Source: Limnochordia bacterium
GTDB lineage: Bacteria > Bacillota > Limnochordia > Darwinibacteriales > Darwinibacteriaceae
DNA: 64,000 bases
Direction: 5' to 3'
Assembly: GCA_050952265.1 (NCBI GenBank)
Contig: JBMNKP010000001.1
Location: 159,770-223,769 of the forward strand
Both the position numbers and the translations under genes were made by a program. Below are positions 27,282-36,884 of this stretch, piece by piece; positions within the stretch are counted from its first letter, which is position 1; each line of letters begins with the position of its first letter. The notes beneath the pieces were generated by a model. The model was given only the letters and a program-made list of their open reading frames with translations, had not been told where the DNA came from and did not search any database.

Positions 27282-28079
27282 TTAGCGGCCCTCCCCGTTT
27301 CTCTTGACAAAGACGTACAGCTGGCCGTCGGCATCGGCGCAGGTCAGCTTGATCTGATACTCCCCGGCAGGAGGTGATACCTCCATCTGATCGCAGATCC
27401 TGTGCTCTGTTGACACCAAGCTCGTCCAGTTTGATGTACCTCCCGCCATGTCCACACTCACCATTCCCTGCTTCGCCGAGGTATAGACCGAGATGCCGAT
27501 CGTCTCGGAGTTCTTCACAGAAAGACTGTAGATGACCTGGTTCTGCACCTCCAGCCCGGTAAGGTCGGCAGAGAAGACCTCGGTGTAACCCGAAGGCGGA
27601 TTGTTGAGGTCGCCCTGATGGATCCGGGACAGGCGCACAAACTCGGCTGGATCGATGGGGTGTTCCTGGTAGCCGATCACCAACTGCCCCGCATGCTTGT
27701 GGCTGGTAAGATAGATGGCGTACCGGCCAGCGGGCAGCACCGTGGTTGAGGCCATCGACGCGGTTCCGGTCACCTGCCCAACCATGAACTCAAGTTCCGG
27801 CTGACCAAGGCCCAGTATCTCAGACTCTGCCACAAACCTTACCTGCTTCAGGGCTGCCGAGTCTGACTGCATCATGATCTCGACCTTCGCTGGTTCCGAG
27901 AGCTGGCGTTCCAGCAGCAGTTCATCTGTCCTGTCATGGGTGTTGAGATCTACGGTGATCTTGGCAAACCGCTGAGGAACACGGAATTTGTTGAGGCCTC
28001 GCTGCTGCAGATCCAAAGCCATTAGAGGCAGCCCCACCGCGAGGCACAAGATGAGGATGGCAAACACAGTCTTCTTCAC
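27282..28079 (-). CDS. Secreted hypothetical protein with two beta-sandwich-like repeats
   Basis: Signal peptide; LPAGRYAI.L and PPAGEYQI.L; abuts the CPBP gene. Confidence 0.65.
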   Translation of the reverse strand: MKKTVFAILILCLAVGLPLMALDLQQRGLNKFRVPQRFAKITVDLNTHDRTDELLLERQLSEPAKVEIMMQSDSAALKQVRFVAESEILGLGQPELEFMVGQVTGTASMASTTVLPAGRYAIYLTSHKHAGQLVIGYQEHPIDPAEFVRLSRIHQGDLNNPPSGYTEVFSADLTGLEVQNQVIYSLSVKNSETIGISVYTSAKQGMVSVDMAGGTSNWTSLVSTEHRICDQMEVSPPAGEYQIKLTCADADGQLYVFVKRNGEGR

Positions 28080-28200
28080 GGAAACACCCCGTCCTGGAGA
28101 TAATCATTTCAACAGTATTTGGACAGAAGACACCCGTTTCCTTCACGAATGCGCCTGCAGGGAAGTCAAAAACTTGCAGTGTAGACCCTGTTTTGGGCAG

Positions 28201-28230
28201 CAAAAAGGACCGCACTGGGCGGTCCTTTGG
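28201..28230 (-). terminator. Terminator of the sugar-ABC operon
   Basis: aaaggaccgc-actgg-gcggtccttt with T-run on minus strand. Confidence 0.75.
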
Positions 28231-28253
28231 TTTCGGCTGTTCTGCCTTTCCAC

Positions 28254-29195
28254 CTAATTGAGGAAGTCTGTCACCCGGTCGAACTGGGTGATGATCGTGT
28301 ACTCTCCATCTCCTGCGGTGGAGACCAGTACTGCGCCGTCTACGCTCGTCACAAAGGTTTGGGCTCCTGCCTTGGAGTAGTTCTGGAAGATGCGGAGGTC
28401 AGCGATGGCGTCGTGCATCATGACTGCCACTTTCGGGCTCACCGCATCGCGGAAGGATTTGCTGGAAGAGGTGGAGTCTCCGTGGTGGGGCACCTTGAGC
28501 ACATCCGCCTTCAGCTTATCTCCGTACCGTCCGATAATATCTCGCTCCGCAGCAACGTAGACATCGCCCGTGAACAAGAAGCTCGAGTCCTTGAAGGTCA
28601 TCTTCATCACCAGGGAGCGGTTGTTGATAAACTGGGTAGCTCCCTGAGGATAGTTAGCCGGATACTCGATTCCTGCCGGTGGATGCAGGATTTCCACCTT
28701 GACGTGCTGGCCGAACATGAAGCTGTCGCCTTCCGCCAGGATGATATGGGGCGTCTTCGTGTTTTCGATGGCTTCCATGTAGTTCCTGTAATGGGATGTG
28801 GTGTACTCCAGTTCAGAAGTGTACACCGCGCCGATCTCGTAGTTGTAGATCAGCTGGGCGAAGCTGCCGACGTGGTCCACATGGGGATGGGAGGCCACCA
28901 AGTAATCGATGCGGGTGATGCCCAAGGCCTTGAGGGCACGGTCCACATCTTCGAATGTGCTGGGGTTCCCGCCGTCGATCACCATCACCTTGCCATCTGG
29001 CGAAGTGAGGATGGTGCTGTCGCCGCTTTTTTCGTCCATACGGGTGATCAGCTGAAGAAAGCGCGCCGTGAGCCGGCCGGCATCCTGCGACGCATCGAAG
29101 ATCTGCTCGAACCTGTCCGCCCGCTCTTGAGCGAAGGACGTCAGGGTCAGAAGCAAGATCACAGCTAGGGCAAGAATTACTGAACGTCTTTTCAC
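28254..29195 (-). CDS. Secreted ComEC/Rec2-like (Pce-like) metallo-beta-lactamase-fold hydrolase
   Basis: GDS.IL, IDGG, SHPHVDHVG, NNRSLV, FLFTGD, LKVPHHG; signal peptide from GTG 29195. Confidence 0.85.
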   Translation of the reverse strand: MKRRSVILALAVILLLTLTSFAQERADRFEQIFDASQDAGRLTARFLQLITRMDEKSGDSTILTSPDGKVMVIDGGNPSTFEDVDRALKALGITRIDYLVASHPHVDHVGSFAQLIYNYEIGAVYTSELEYTTSHYRNYMEAIENTKTPHIILAEGDSFMFGQHVKVEILHPPAGIEYPANYPQGATQFINNRSLVMKMTFKDSSFLFTGDVYVAAERDIIGRYGDKLKADVLKVPHHGDSTSSSKSFRDAVSPKVAVMMHDAIADLRIFQNYSKAGAQTFVTSVDGAVLVSTAGDGEYTIITQFDRVTDFLN

Positions 29196-29230
29196 TGGTT
29201 GTTGGACCTCCCTGCTCCTCTTGGGCAGCG

Positions 29231-30370
29231 TTATTTCATCGCGGCCTTGCTCATTCCGGTAAGGATGTACTTCTGGAGGATCAAGAACAGCAGCACGATG
29301 GGAACAACGGCCATCACTGCGCCGGCCATGATTTCGTTGTAATTGGCCACTTCCAAGCCGGCAAAGGTCTGGCGCAGGCGGGCCACACCGACGGCGAGGG
29401 TGCGCCATTCATCACGGGTGGACACCATCCGCGGCCAGAAGTAGCTGTTCCAACCGCTGATGAAGGTGATGATCGACACGGTGACCAGGGTGGGTGCTGT
29501 CATGGGCATGAGCACATGCCTGATCAGACCGATGCGGCTCAGGCCGTCAATCCGCCCCGCATCCAGGTAGCTGTCATCCACCGCTTTGAATGACTGGCGC
29601 ATCATAAAGATAAAGTAGGCGCTGACCAGGTTGGGTGCGATCAAGCCCTGATAGCTGTTCACCCAGCCCAGGCGGGACATCATGACATAGATCGGCACGA
29701 AAGTGACCTGGATGGGAACCATCAAAGCACCGAGGACCAGGACGAACATGACGTCCCGCCCCTTGAAGTTGCCCTTGGCAAAGCCGTACGCCGCAAGAAT
29801 CCCGAGGACCAGCTCACCAAGCATGATGAACACGGTGGAGATCACGGTGTTGATGAAATACCGCAGGAAGGGCGCACGTGCCAAGACATTGGGGTAGTTT
29901 TCCCACTGGAACTGCTGCGGCCACAGGGTGGGCACAGACTGCAGCAGCTCTTCGCTGGTCTTCAGCGAGGAGACGATCATCCAGTAAATGGGGAAGAGCA
30001 TGATCAAGGTGATCACGATGGCAGCGAGGTACTGGCAGAGCACGCCGAGCCGGCGCATTCTCTTCTTGGTTTCAAAGGAGACCTTATCCCGGAAATAACT
30101 GCTGATAGCCAGCACAATGAACCCGACAGCCGAAGCGGTAAGCAGGATCCAGCCGTATGTCAGGAAGGCGCCGCGTGAGCTCGCGAAATAGCCGAGGGCC
30201 TGCTTGATCTCATATTCCGATATACCTTCCGGCATGCCAGCCATCTGCACCCTACACTGAATCACTCCGGCCAAGCCCAAGGCCAAAAAGGCGAGGGCAA
30301 TAACCAGGATCAGGGTCAGAAGGTCAAACATGCCAGATTGGCGCATTCTCAAAAGCAGAGTGTCTTTCAA
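29231..30370 (-). CDS. Carbohydrate ABC permease (UgpE/MalG-like) with N-terminal extension
   Basis: LFPIYWM..SSLK, AAYGFAK..FKGR, LDAGRIDG EAA motif. Confidence 0.9.
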   Translation of the reverse strand: MKDTLLLRMRQSGMFDLLTLILVIALAFLALGLAGVIQCRVQMAGMPEGISEYEIKQALGYFASSRGAFLTYGWILLTASAVGFIVLAISSYFRDKVSFETKKRMRRLGVLCQYLAAIVITLIMLFPIYWMIVSSLKTSEELLQSVPTLWPQQFQWENYPNVLARAPFLRYFINTVISTVFIMLGELVLGILAAYGFAKGNFKGRDVMFVLVLGALMVPIQVTFVPIYVMMSRLGWVNSYQGLIAPNLVSAYFIFMMRQSFKAVDDSYLDAGRIDGLSRIGLIRHVLMPMTAPTLVTVSIITFISGWNSYFWPRMVSTRDEWRTLAVGVARLRQTFAGLEVANYNEIMAGAVMAVVPIVLLFLILQKYILTGMSKAAMK

Positions 30371-30385
30371 AGCAGTGCCTCCCCT

Positions 30386-31621
30386 CTACGAATCGTAGCT
30401 GACGGACCTGTTGGACCAGCGCATCGTCGCGGCAGTGCAGACCAGCAGGATGATAAAGAAGATCACAGAAACTGCCGCGGAGCGCGCTGCCCGGAAATCA
30501 CGGAACGAGAGGTTGTAGATCCACTGGACCATCACGTTAGTAGCCGTTCCGGGGCCGCCGCCTGTCATAACGTCAACAGATTGGAAAACCTTCATGCTGG
30601 CAATGAACGTGGTCACGAACAGGAACAAAGTGGTCGGGGCCAGCATGGGCAGGGTGATGAAGCGGAAGCGCTGCACGCCATCGGCGCCGTCAATCGCCGC
30701 TGCTTCATAGTAATCCTTGGGGATGCCCTGCATAGCCGAGAGATAGATCATCATCGCGTAACCGATGACGCGCCAGGCAGTGAGGATCAGCACGCCCATA
30801 AGAGCGGTATTGGCCTCAACCAACCATTTCGGCCCTCTGATGCCGAAAAGGGAAAGGGCGTAGTTGAGAATTCCGTAGTTGCCGTGGAGGATCCAGATGA
30901 AGACAACAGCACTGGTGGACACGGCGATATACCTCGGCATAAAGACTACGGCGCGCATCGCCGAGAAGGAGCGGTTCATGCGGTTGAACAGCAGGGCCAG
31001 CAGAAGTCCGCCGACCAAGGTGATAAACAGCTCCCAAAAAGTGTAGCGGGCCGTGATCCAGAGTGACTCCTTGAACCAGTTCCAGCCAGTCCGCATAAAC
31101 AGCCACTCGTAGTTCTTGAAACCGATGAACTCCTGGGGATCTGGGACCAGCATCCTCATGTCGGTGAAGCTTATGCGCACTAAGTCAACGACTGGGTAGT
31201 AGACGAATAGAAGGAAGAAGATGAGTGCCGGCTGGACACAGAAAAAGTCTTTCATCCGCTCCCACGGTTGGATGAGGAGCATGATGGCGTTGACCAGGAA
31301 GGTTATCCCCAAGATGATGACCAAAATGGCGTTGTTCATGATCCCGCTGAGGAGCCTCAAGGGGACTGTACCCCGTCCTTCCCCGAACAGGTCCACAGTT
31401 CCCGTGATGGGCTGCTCCAGAGAACGGGCAATGCGGCGCGCTTCATAGACCTTTGCCGAGATGTGGCGCAGGGACTCAATGTTCCAATCGCCCATGAGCC
31501 AGCCATAGGTCCCTACGGCGATGAAGATAGCACTGAGGATGAACAGCACAATTGCTGCGATGCGCGCTGCTTTTGTGGGGTAGGGCTTTGCTAAGTCATT
31601 CTGCTTGCGCATGTCCTTCAC
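30386..31621 (-). CDS. Carbohydrate ABC permease (UgpA/MalF-like) with N-terminal extension
   Basis: FIGFKNY, YEAAAIDGA...RFRFITLPML, MTGGGPG.AT. Confidence 0.9.
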   Translation of the reverse strand: MKDMRKQNDLAKPYPTKAARIAAIVLFILSAIFIAVGTYGWLMGDWNIESLRHISAKVYEARRIARSLEQPITGTVDLFGEGRGTVPLRLLSGIMNNAILVIILGITFLVNAIMLLIQPWERMKDFFCVQPALIFFLLFVYYPVVDLVRISFTDMRMLVPDPQEFIGFKNYEWLFMRTGWNWFKESLWITARYTFWELFITLVGGLLLALLFNRMNRSFSAMRAVVFMPRYIAVSTSAVVFIWILHGNYGILNYALSLFGIRGPKWLVEANTALMGVLILTAWRVIGYAMMIYLSAMQGIPKDYYEAAAIDGADGVQRFRFITLPMLAPTTLFLFVTTFIASMKVFQSVDVMTGGGPGTATNVMVQWIYNLSFRDFRAARSAAVSVIFFIILLVCTAATMRWSNRSVSYDS

Positions 31622-31678
31622 CTCAAATGTGATTGAGGGGGAGGTAAACCCCCCCTCAAAGTCATCTAAGCTTTCAGA

Positions 31679-32971
31679 TTAATAGTCGGCCAGCGTCTCT
31701 TCGATGAAGATCGCCAGTTCGTCAAGGGTTGCCTGGATCGGAGCATCTTCGTTGAAGATGCGGTACAGGGTGTGACGCCACTGGTTGGCAATGGTGTCGT
31801 ACGCCGGATGGGTATGGCGCGGGTTGATCCAGCTGCCCATGGAAACCACGTTGTTCATCTCGGGTTTGCGGGACAGATACTCGGCATACTCAGGGGTCTC
31901 CATTACGGACTGCCTGGTCGGGAAGTATCCGGTCTTGTCGGCCCAGTACAGGTTGATCTCGGGGCTGGCCATGAACATCATGAACTGCCATGCCGCGTTC
32001 TTCTGCTTCTGGGTAGCCACTGCCGGGATGAGGATGGTGGCGCCGCCGATTTCGCTGTAGAAGCTCTCGCCATCCATGCCGCCGGGCAGCCAGGCCATAC
32101 CGACTTCGAACTTGTCGCCTACGTTGGTTACATAGAGGTCAAACAGGGAGCTGGTGTGGAATACGCTGAAAGCGCCGCCGTCCCAGAACAGCTGCCTCAT
32201 GTCGGTGGAGGCACCGGTGCCATAGGCGTAGTAGGCATATCCCTTGTCGATCCACTCTTTCATCTTGGTGGTGACATAAACGGAAGCTTCGCCGTTGATA
32301 TCCGTGGTCATGCCGTCATCGTTGATGACCTTCACGCCGTTGTTCTTGAACAGCATTTCATAGTACCAGTAGTCCCAGCCGCCGAAGACTGTGCCGTACC
32401 GCTTGGTGGTTCCGTCTTCGTTGAACAGAGTGGCCTTTTCAAGGAAAGCGTCCATCTCGTCAAAGGTCTTGGGCATCTCGATGCCTTCGGCCTCGGCAGC
32501 GGTCTTGTTGTAGAACATGACCTGGGTGGAAATGAGGTAAGGCAGTACGATCTGCTGGCCGTTATAGGTTGTGGCCTTGATCAGACCTTCGCCGAAGTCC
32601 TCAATCGGGAAGTTGTAGGCTGCGATGTAGGGATCGAGGATTTCGCAGATGCCTGCCGCACCGTAGCTGGGCGGGTAGGATGTGTTGGCCGTGCAGAGGG
32701 CCGGAACATCTCCAGAGGCGATAGCTGCGATCAGCTGGGTGTTGATTTCGGCGTAGGCGCCGATGTAAACAGGCTCAACCGTGATCAGAGGGTTCTGCTC
32801 GTTGAACTTATCGACCATGTACTGCAGGTAAGGATGCCACTGGTCTTCATGGGCATGCCACCAGGTGATGGTGATCGGTTCGGTGACCTCGTAGGGGTTC
32901 TGCGCTGCAGCCAGGCCCACCGCGGACAGAGCCATCAACAGGGCGAGCAGCAAACTAAATGCCTTCTTCAT
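31679..32971 (-). CDS. Carbohydrate ABC substrate-binding protein (UgpB-like)
   Basis: ITITWWH, FNEQNP.I.VE, P...ST.VMFYNK, AAWQFM.F, WADKTGYFPTR. Confidence 0.88.
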   Translation of the reverse strand: MKKAFSLLLALLMALSAVGLAAAQNPYEVTEPITITWWHAHEDQWHPYLQYMVDKFNEQNPLITVEPVYIGAYAEINTQLIAAIASGDVPALCTANTSYPPSYGAAGICEILDPYIAAYNFPIEDFGEGLIKATTYNGQQIVLPYLISTQVMFYNKTAAEAEGIEMPKTFDEMDAFLEKATLFNEDGTTKRYGTVFGGWDYWYYEMLFKNNGVKVINDDGMTTDINGEASVYVTTKMKEWIDKGYAYYAYGTGASTDMRQLFWDGGAFSVFHTSSLFDLYVTNVGDKFEVGMAWLPGGMDGESFYSEIGGATILIPAVATQKQKNAAWQFMMFMASPEINLYWADKTGYFPTRQSVMETPEYAEYLSRKPEMNNVVSMGSWINPRHTHPAYDTIANQWRHTLYRIFNEDAPIQATLDELAIFIEETLADY

Positions 32972-33083
32972 AGTTAGGGTACTACCTCCTGTCTTTTTCT
33001 ACAAGCAAAAATCTGCGCAACAACGGAACAACGCCTTTCGCCTATCTCGCTGCCGGCCATCACTCCTTTACCCGTTTTCTAAG

Positions 33084-34244
33084 TCAGAGACTGTATTCCC
33101 TTAAAGCTTGAGTGCGCGGTGGTACGCATGATTCCCGCAGCACCAATTCCATTGGCATGGTCTTGTGGATCCTCTGCTGAGGGCCTTTCTCCATGAGGTA
33201 CAGAAGAGCTTTGGCGGCCTCTTTGCCGATGTCGTAAGTTGGGCAGTTCACTGTAGTGATGGGCGGATCCAGGTTGGCGGAAAGGCCGATGTTGTCAAAG
33301 CCCATGATGGACAGATCCTCTCCGATCCGTCTTCCGACGCAGCGGGCTGCCCGGGCCACATCGGCGGCAATAAAGTCGTTCAGGCAGATCACAGCCGTCA
33401 TCTGAGGAGAACGCAGGAGGAATGCCTTGAGATCGTTCAGCACCTGCTGTTCGTGCTCTTTGGTCCGGTCTTCTGTGTAAACGTAACGGTAGTCCCTGAG
33501 ATCGGTAAACATCATCTCCCGCTTCACTACCAAGCCGTAGTCGCTCATCGCGTCGCGGAAACCCTGGATGCGGTCGTTGAGGGAAGTCAAAAAACCGGGC
33601 GGTTTGCTGACAAGTCCGATGCTGCGGTGCCCGAGTTTGATCAGGTACTCGGTTGCATCATAGCCGCCCTGGTAATTGTTGGCTTCGACATAGCTGACGT
33701 CCATAAAGCGGTAGTGCCTGGTCATGACCAGGGGGATGCCCTCCTGCTGAAGCTGGAACAGGGCGGGGTTGTAATAGCGGGACTCGGTGGCATGGATGAT
33801 CACACCGGGGCTGCCCTGTTCAATAATCTTTCTGATGTATTCGGCCTCGGTTTCTGTGCTGTTATTGGTGGCTGACACAGACACTGTGTAGCCGGTCTTG
33901 AACAGCACTTCTTGGGCACCCATGACGATACGCCCGGTAAAACTCGTGGTCAGGTAGGGGACAATGATGTGGATGTTGTAATCCCGCTGGTGGCGGCTGG
34001 CTCTTTTGTCTGCAACGAACGTGCCCCGCCCGTGCAGTCGCTCAATCAGCCCGGCGTTTTCCAGGGAGATGAGCGCCTGGCGGATGGTGGAGCGGCTCAC
34101 GCCGTAGCGGGCGGCCAACTCCAGTTCTGTGCCCAGCTTGTCACCGGAAGCAAGGTTGGAGCGAGCAATGTCAGCCCGGATCTGCTCGGCTATCTCCTCG
34201 TGAAGAGCTCTGTTGGTCTTCGCTGTTGGAGTTCTTTTTTGCAT
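33084..34244 (-). CDS. GntR-HTH / LacI-effector hybrid regulator (AraR-like)
   Basis: GDKLGTELELAARYGVSRSTIRQA..GRGTFV plus periplasmic-binding-type domain (NNYQGGY.ATEYLI.LGH, DLSI.GFDN, LTTV). Confidence 0.9.
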   Translation of the reverse strand: MQKRTPTAKTNRALHEEIAEQIRADIARSNLASGDKLGTELELAARYGVSRSTIRQALISLENAGLIERLHGRGTFVADKRASRHQRDYNIHIIVPYLTTSFTGRIVMGAQEVLFKTGYTVSVSATNNSTETEAEYIRKIIEQGSPGVIIHATESRYYNPALFQLQQEGIPLVMTRHYRFMDVSYVEANNYQGGYDATEYLIKLGHRSIGLVSKPPGFLTSLNDRIQGFRDAMSDYGLVVKREMMFTDLRDYRYVYTEDRTKEHEQQVLNDLKAFLLRSPQMTAVICLNDFIAADVARAARCVGRRIGEDLSIMGFDNIGLSANLDPPITTVNCPTYDIGKEAAKALLYLMEKGPQQRIHKTMPMELVLRESCVPPRTQALREYSL

Positions 34245-34293
34245 TACTCTTCTCCTATTAACATTCTTAAACGTTACATCGGAATCCACTTCC

Positions 34294-34359
34294 AGAATAC
34301 CACCTCAGATAAAGGTCTGTCAATAGAAAAGGTCTGACCATCTGCGTAAAGGTCGGACA
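34294..34359 (-). promoter_or_regulatory. Regulator promoter with three AAAGGTC.G.C boxes (candidate GntR operators)
   Basis: aaaggtctgtca 34311, aaaggtctgacc 34328, aaaggtcggaca 34348; minus strand TTGACA 34318-34323 and TGGTATTCT. Confidence 0.6.
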
Positions 34360-34478
34360 TAAGACCGCAGTGGCATACCTTCGCAGACAAGTTTGTCGCC
34401 ACTTTTAGATAAACTTGGAGGATTCTCCTCGCCTTACTGGAAGATCCTAACCATACATCACAGGAAAGGGGTTCAACC

Positions 34479-35588
34479 ATGTTCGACCACAACAAAGATC
34501 CACGAGTTAGTGTCGAGACTCTGGAAAACTTCATGTTCGATGTGCTGACAAGAGCGGGGGTTCCCGCAGAGGATGCCAAGATCGTTGCCGATGTGCTGAT
34601 CACGGCGGATAAATTCGGCATTGAGTCCCACGGCATCAGCAGGCTCAAGCCCATCTACTACGACCGCATCAAAGACGGGATCCTCAACCCAGTGACCAAG
34701 ATCGATGTCGTTAAGGAAGGCCCCACCACCGCCGTCTTCGATGGCAACAACGGCATGGGGCACGTGATCGGCAAGCGGGCTATGGAAACGGCCATCAAAA
34801 AAGCCAAGGAATACGGTATGGGCATGGTAGCCGTGCGCAACTCCAGCCATTACGGTATTGCCGGGTATTACACCCTCATGGCAGCCAATGCCGGAATGAT
34901 CGGCATCAGCGGAACCAATGCTCGTCCATCCATCGCACCAACCTTCGGCGTGGAGCCCATGCTGGGAACCAATCCTTTGACCTTCAGCATGCCTTCTGAT
35001 GAAGAGTTCCACTTCACCCTGGACTGCGCCACCTCCACCAGCCAGCGCGGCAAGATCGAGGTCTACGCTCGTTACGGCGAGGACATTCCGGAAGGCTGGG
35101 TCATCGATAACGAAGGCCGCGTCCGCACGGATACAGTTGCCATCCTGTCCGACCTTTCCAAGGACAAAGCGGCGCTTACCCCTCTCGGTGGAATCTCCGA
35201 ACTCACCGGCGGACACAAGGGCTATGGGTACGCCACGGTGGTTGAGATCTTGTCTGCTGCGCTTCAGCAGGGCGCTTTCCTCAAGGCCCTCACAGGCGTG
35301 CGCGACGGCAAGAAGGTGCCCTATGCACTCGGCCACTTCTTCATCGCCATCAACGTCGAGGCCTTCACCAGCCTGGATGAGTTCAAAAAGACAACCGGCG
35401 ACATCCTGCGGGATCTGCGGGCTTCCAAGAAGGCTCCCGGCCATGACAGGATTTACACCGCAGGTGAGAAGGAGTACCTCACCAGCCTGGAGCGGATGGC
35501 CAACGGCATCCCCATCAACCAAAGCCTGCAGAAGGAGATCAAGACACTCGTGGCCGAACTCAACCTCGACTACGATTTCCCGTTCTGA
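34479..35588 (+). CDS. Ldh_2 family (malate/L-lactate/sulfolactate) dehydrogenase
   Basis: GIESHG..RL, DGNNGMG, AVRNSSHYG.AGYY, GTNPL, GGHKGYG. Confidence 0.92.
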   Translation: MFDHNKDPRVSVETLENFMFDVLTRAGVPAEDAKIVADVLITADKFGIESHGISRLKPIYYDRIKDGILNPVTKIDVVKEGPTTAVFDGNNGMGHVIGKRAMETAIKKAKEYGMGMVAVRNSSHYGIAGYYTLMAANAGMIGISGTNARPSIAPTFGVEPMLGTNPLTFSMPSDEEFHFTLDCATSTSQRGKIEVYARYGEDIPEGWVIDNEGRVRTDTVAILSDLSKDKAALTPLGGISELTGGHKGYGYATVVEILSAALQQGAFLKALTGVRDGKKVPYALGHFFIAINVEAFTSLDEFKKTTGDILRDLRASKKAPGHDRIYTAGEKEYLTSLERMANGIPINQSLQKEIKTLVAELNLDYDFPF

Positions 35589-35610
35589 GGCCTTCTGCGG
35601 CACGGAAGTG

Positions 35611-35631
35611 TTTTAATGTGCTTTTAATGTG
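35611..35631 (+). promoter_or_regulatory. OmpR-family direct-repeat binding site
   Basis: TTTTAATGTG-c-TTTTAATGTG (11-bp period) upstream of a TACAAT -10 and the TCS operon. Confidence 0.55.
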
Positions 35632-35698
35632 ACTCAAATTGGGTTTAAAGTCCGTCCCTGTACAATCAAGCCATCAACTTCCAGAAAGGGGTTCAAAA

Positions 35699-36181
35699 AT
35701 GGAAATGGATAGGCTGGAGATGATTGAGAAGCTGCGGGAACGGGCTCAGGTAACCTACGATGAGGCTAAGGAAGCTCTCGACCAGGCCAACGGCGATCTG
35801 CTTGACGCTCTGATCCTGCTGGAACGGCAGGGCAAGGTTCCCCCTCCGCAGGGTGGAGGCTACTACCGCAGCGAAGGGAGCACAGCGAAGGAGCAGAGCA
35901 GCTCTGAGGGCAGCGAAAGCGGCTCCAAGGATGAACAGAGCACCAAGGCGACCAACAACTTCAAAGAGACGCTGGAGAAGTTCTGGAGCTTCGCAAGCGG
36001 TCTGCTCAAGAAGGGCAACACCACCAGCTTTGAGATTCTCAAAGACAAGGATCACGTGGCCAGTTTCCCCGTAACAGTGCTGGTACTCCTGCTGCTCTTT
36101 GCGCCGTGGGTCACTCTTCCGTTGATAATCATCGGGCTGTTCTTGGGCTTCCACTACCAGTTCGTACGCAACGACAACTAG
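35699..36181 (+). CDS. UBA-like / DUF4342 domain membrane protein
   Basis: EKLRERAQVTYDEAKEAL...GDLLDALILLE; KKGN...F.I, PVTV..LL..FAPW. Confidence 0.8.
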   Translation: MEMDRLEMIEKLRERAQVTYDEAKEALDQANGDLLDALILLERQGKVPPPQGGGYYRSEGSTAKEQSSSEGSESGSKDEQSTKATNNFKETLEKFWSFASGLLKKGNTTSFEILKDKDHVASFPVTVLVLLLLFAPWVTLPLIIIGLFLGFHYQFVRNDN

Positions 36182-36203
36182 GCACTGAGGGGGAGCACGG
36201 TGA

Positions 36204-36884
36204 ATGAAACCCAAAATTCTCATCATTGAGGACGAGGAGAAATTCGCCCGCTTCGTGGAGATGGAACTCACCTACGAAGGCTACGAGGTGAGCAAGGCTC
36301 ATCATGGCCGCATCGGCCTGGAGATGGCCGAGTCTGGCGACTACGATCTCGTGCTCCTCGATGTCATGCTGCCGGGACTGAGCGGGATGGAGGTGCTGCG
36401 CCGCCTGAGGCGCACATCCTCCGTCCCCGTGATCATGCTCACCGCCCGGGACAGCGTCATGGACAAGGTCTCGGGGCTCGACAGCGGCGCCGATGACTAC
36501 ATCACCAAGCCCTTCGCCATTGAAGAGCTCCTGGCCCGCATCCGCAATGTGCTGCGCAAGGCCGGCCCCCGCACAGAAACTCGCCTGCTGCGGGCAGGCG
36601 AGGTCGCGCTGGACCCAGGCAGCCGCCAGGTGACCGTCTGCGGAGAGCCGGTCGAGCTTACTAAGCGCGAGTTTGACCTCCTCCAGTACTTGATGGAAAA
36701 CAAAGGGATCGTCCTGTCCCGCGAGAACATCCTGGAGAAGGTCTGGGGCTATGACTTTGAGGGAGAGACCAACGCCGTCGATGTCTACATCCGCTTTCTG
36801 CGCAGCAAGATCGATGAAGCGTTTGGCCTGAAGCTGATCTCCACGGTGCGGGGCGTGGGGTATGTGATCCGCGATGAAAAATAA
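36204..36884 (+). CDS. OmpR-family response regulator (ArlR-like)
   Basis: IEDE, LLDVMLPG, GADDYITKPF, LTKREFDLL, TVRGVGY. Confidence 0.95.
   Translation: MKPKILIIEDEEKFARFVEMELTYEGYEVSKAHHGRIGLEMAESGDYDLVLLDVMLPGLSGMEVLRRLRRTSSVPVIMLTARDSVMDKVSGLDSGADDYITKPFAIEELLARIRNVLRKAGPRTETRLLRAGEVALDPGSRQVTVCGEPVELTKREFDLLQYLMENKGIVLSRENILEKVWGYDFEGETNAVDVYIRFLRSKIDEAFGLKLISTVRGVGYVIRDEK

Noticed and set aside
28254-29195. Competence gene comEC
   Set aside because: Only the soluble MBL domain with a signal peptide; no membrane competence domain; sugar-ABC context
31772-35603. Long antisense ORFs 31772-32977, 33165-33875 and 34473-35603
   Set aside because: Shadow frames of strongly codon-biased genes in high-GC DNA
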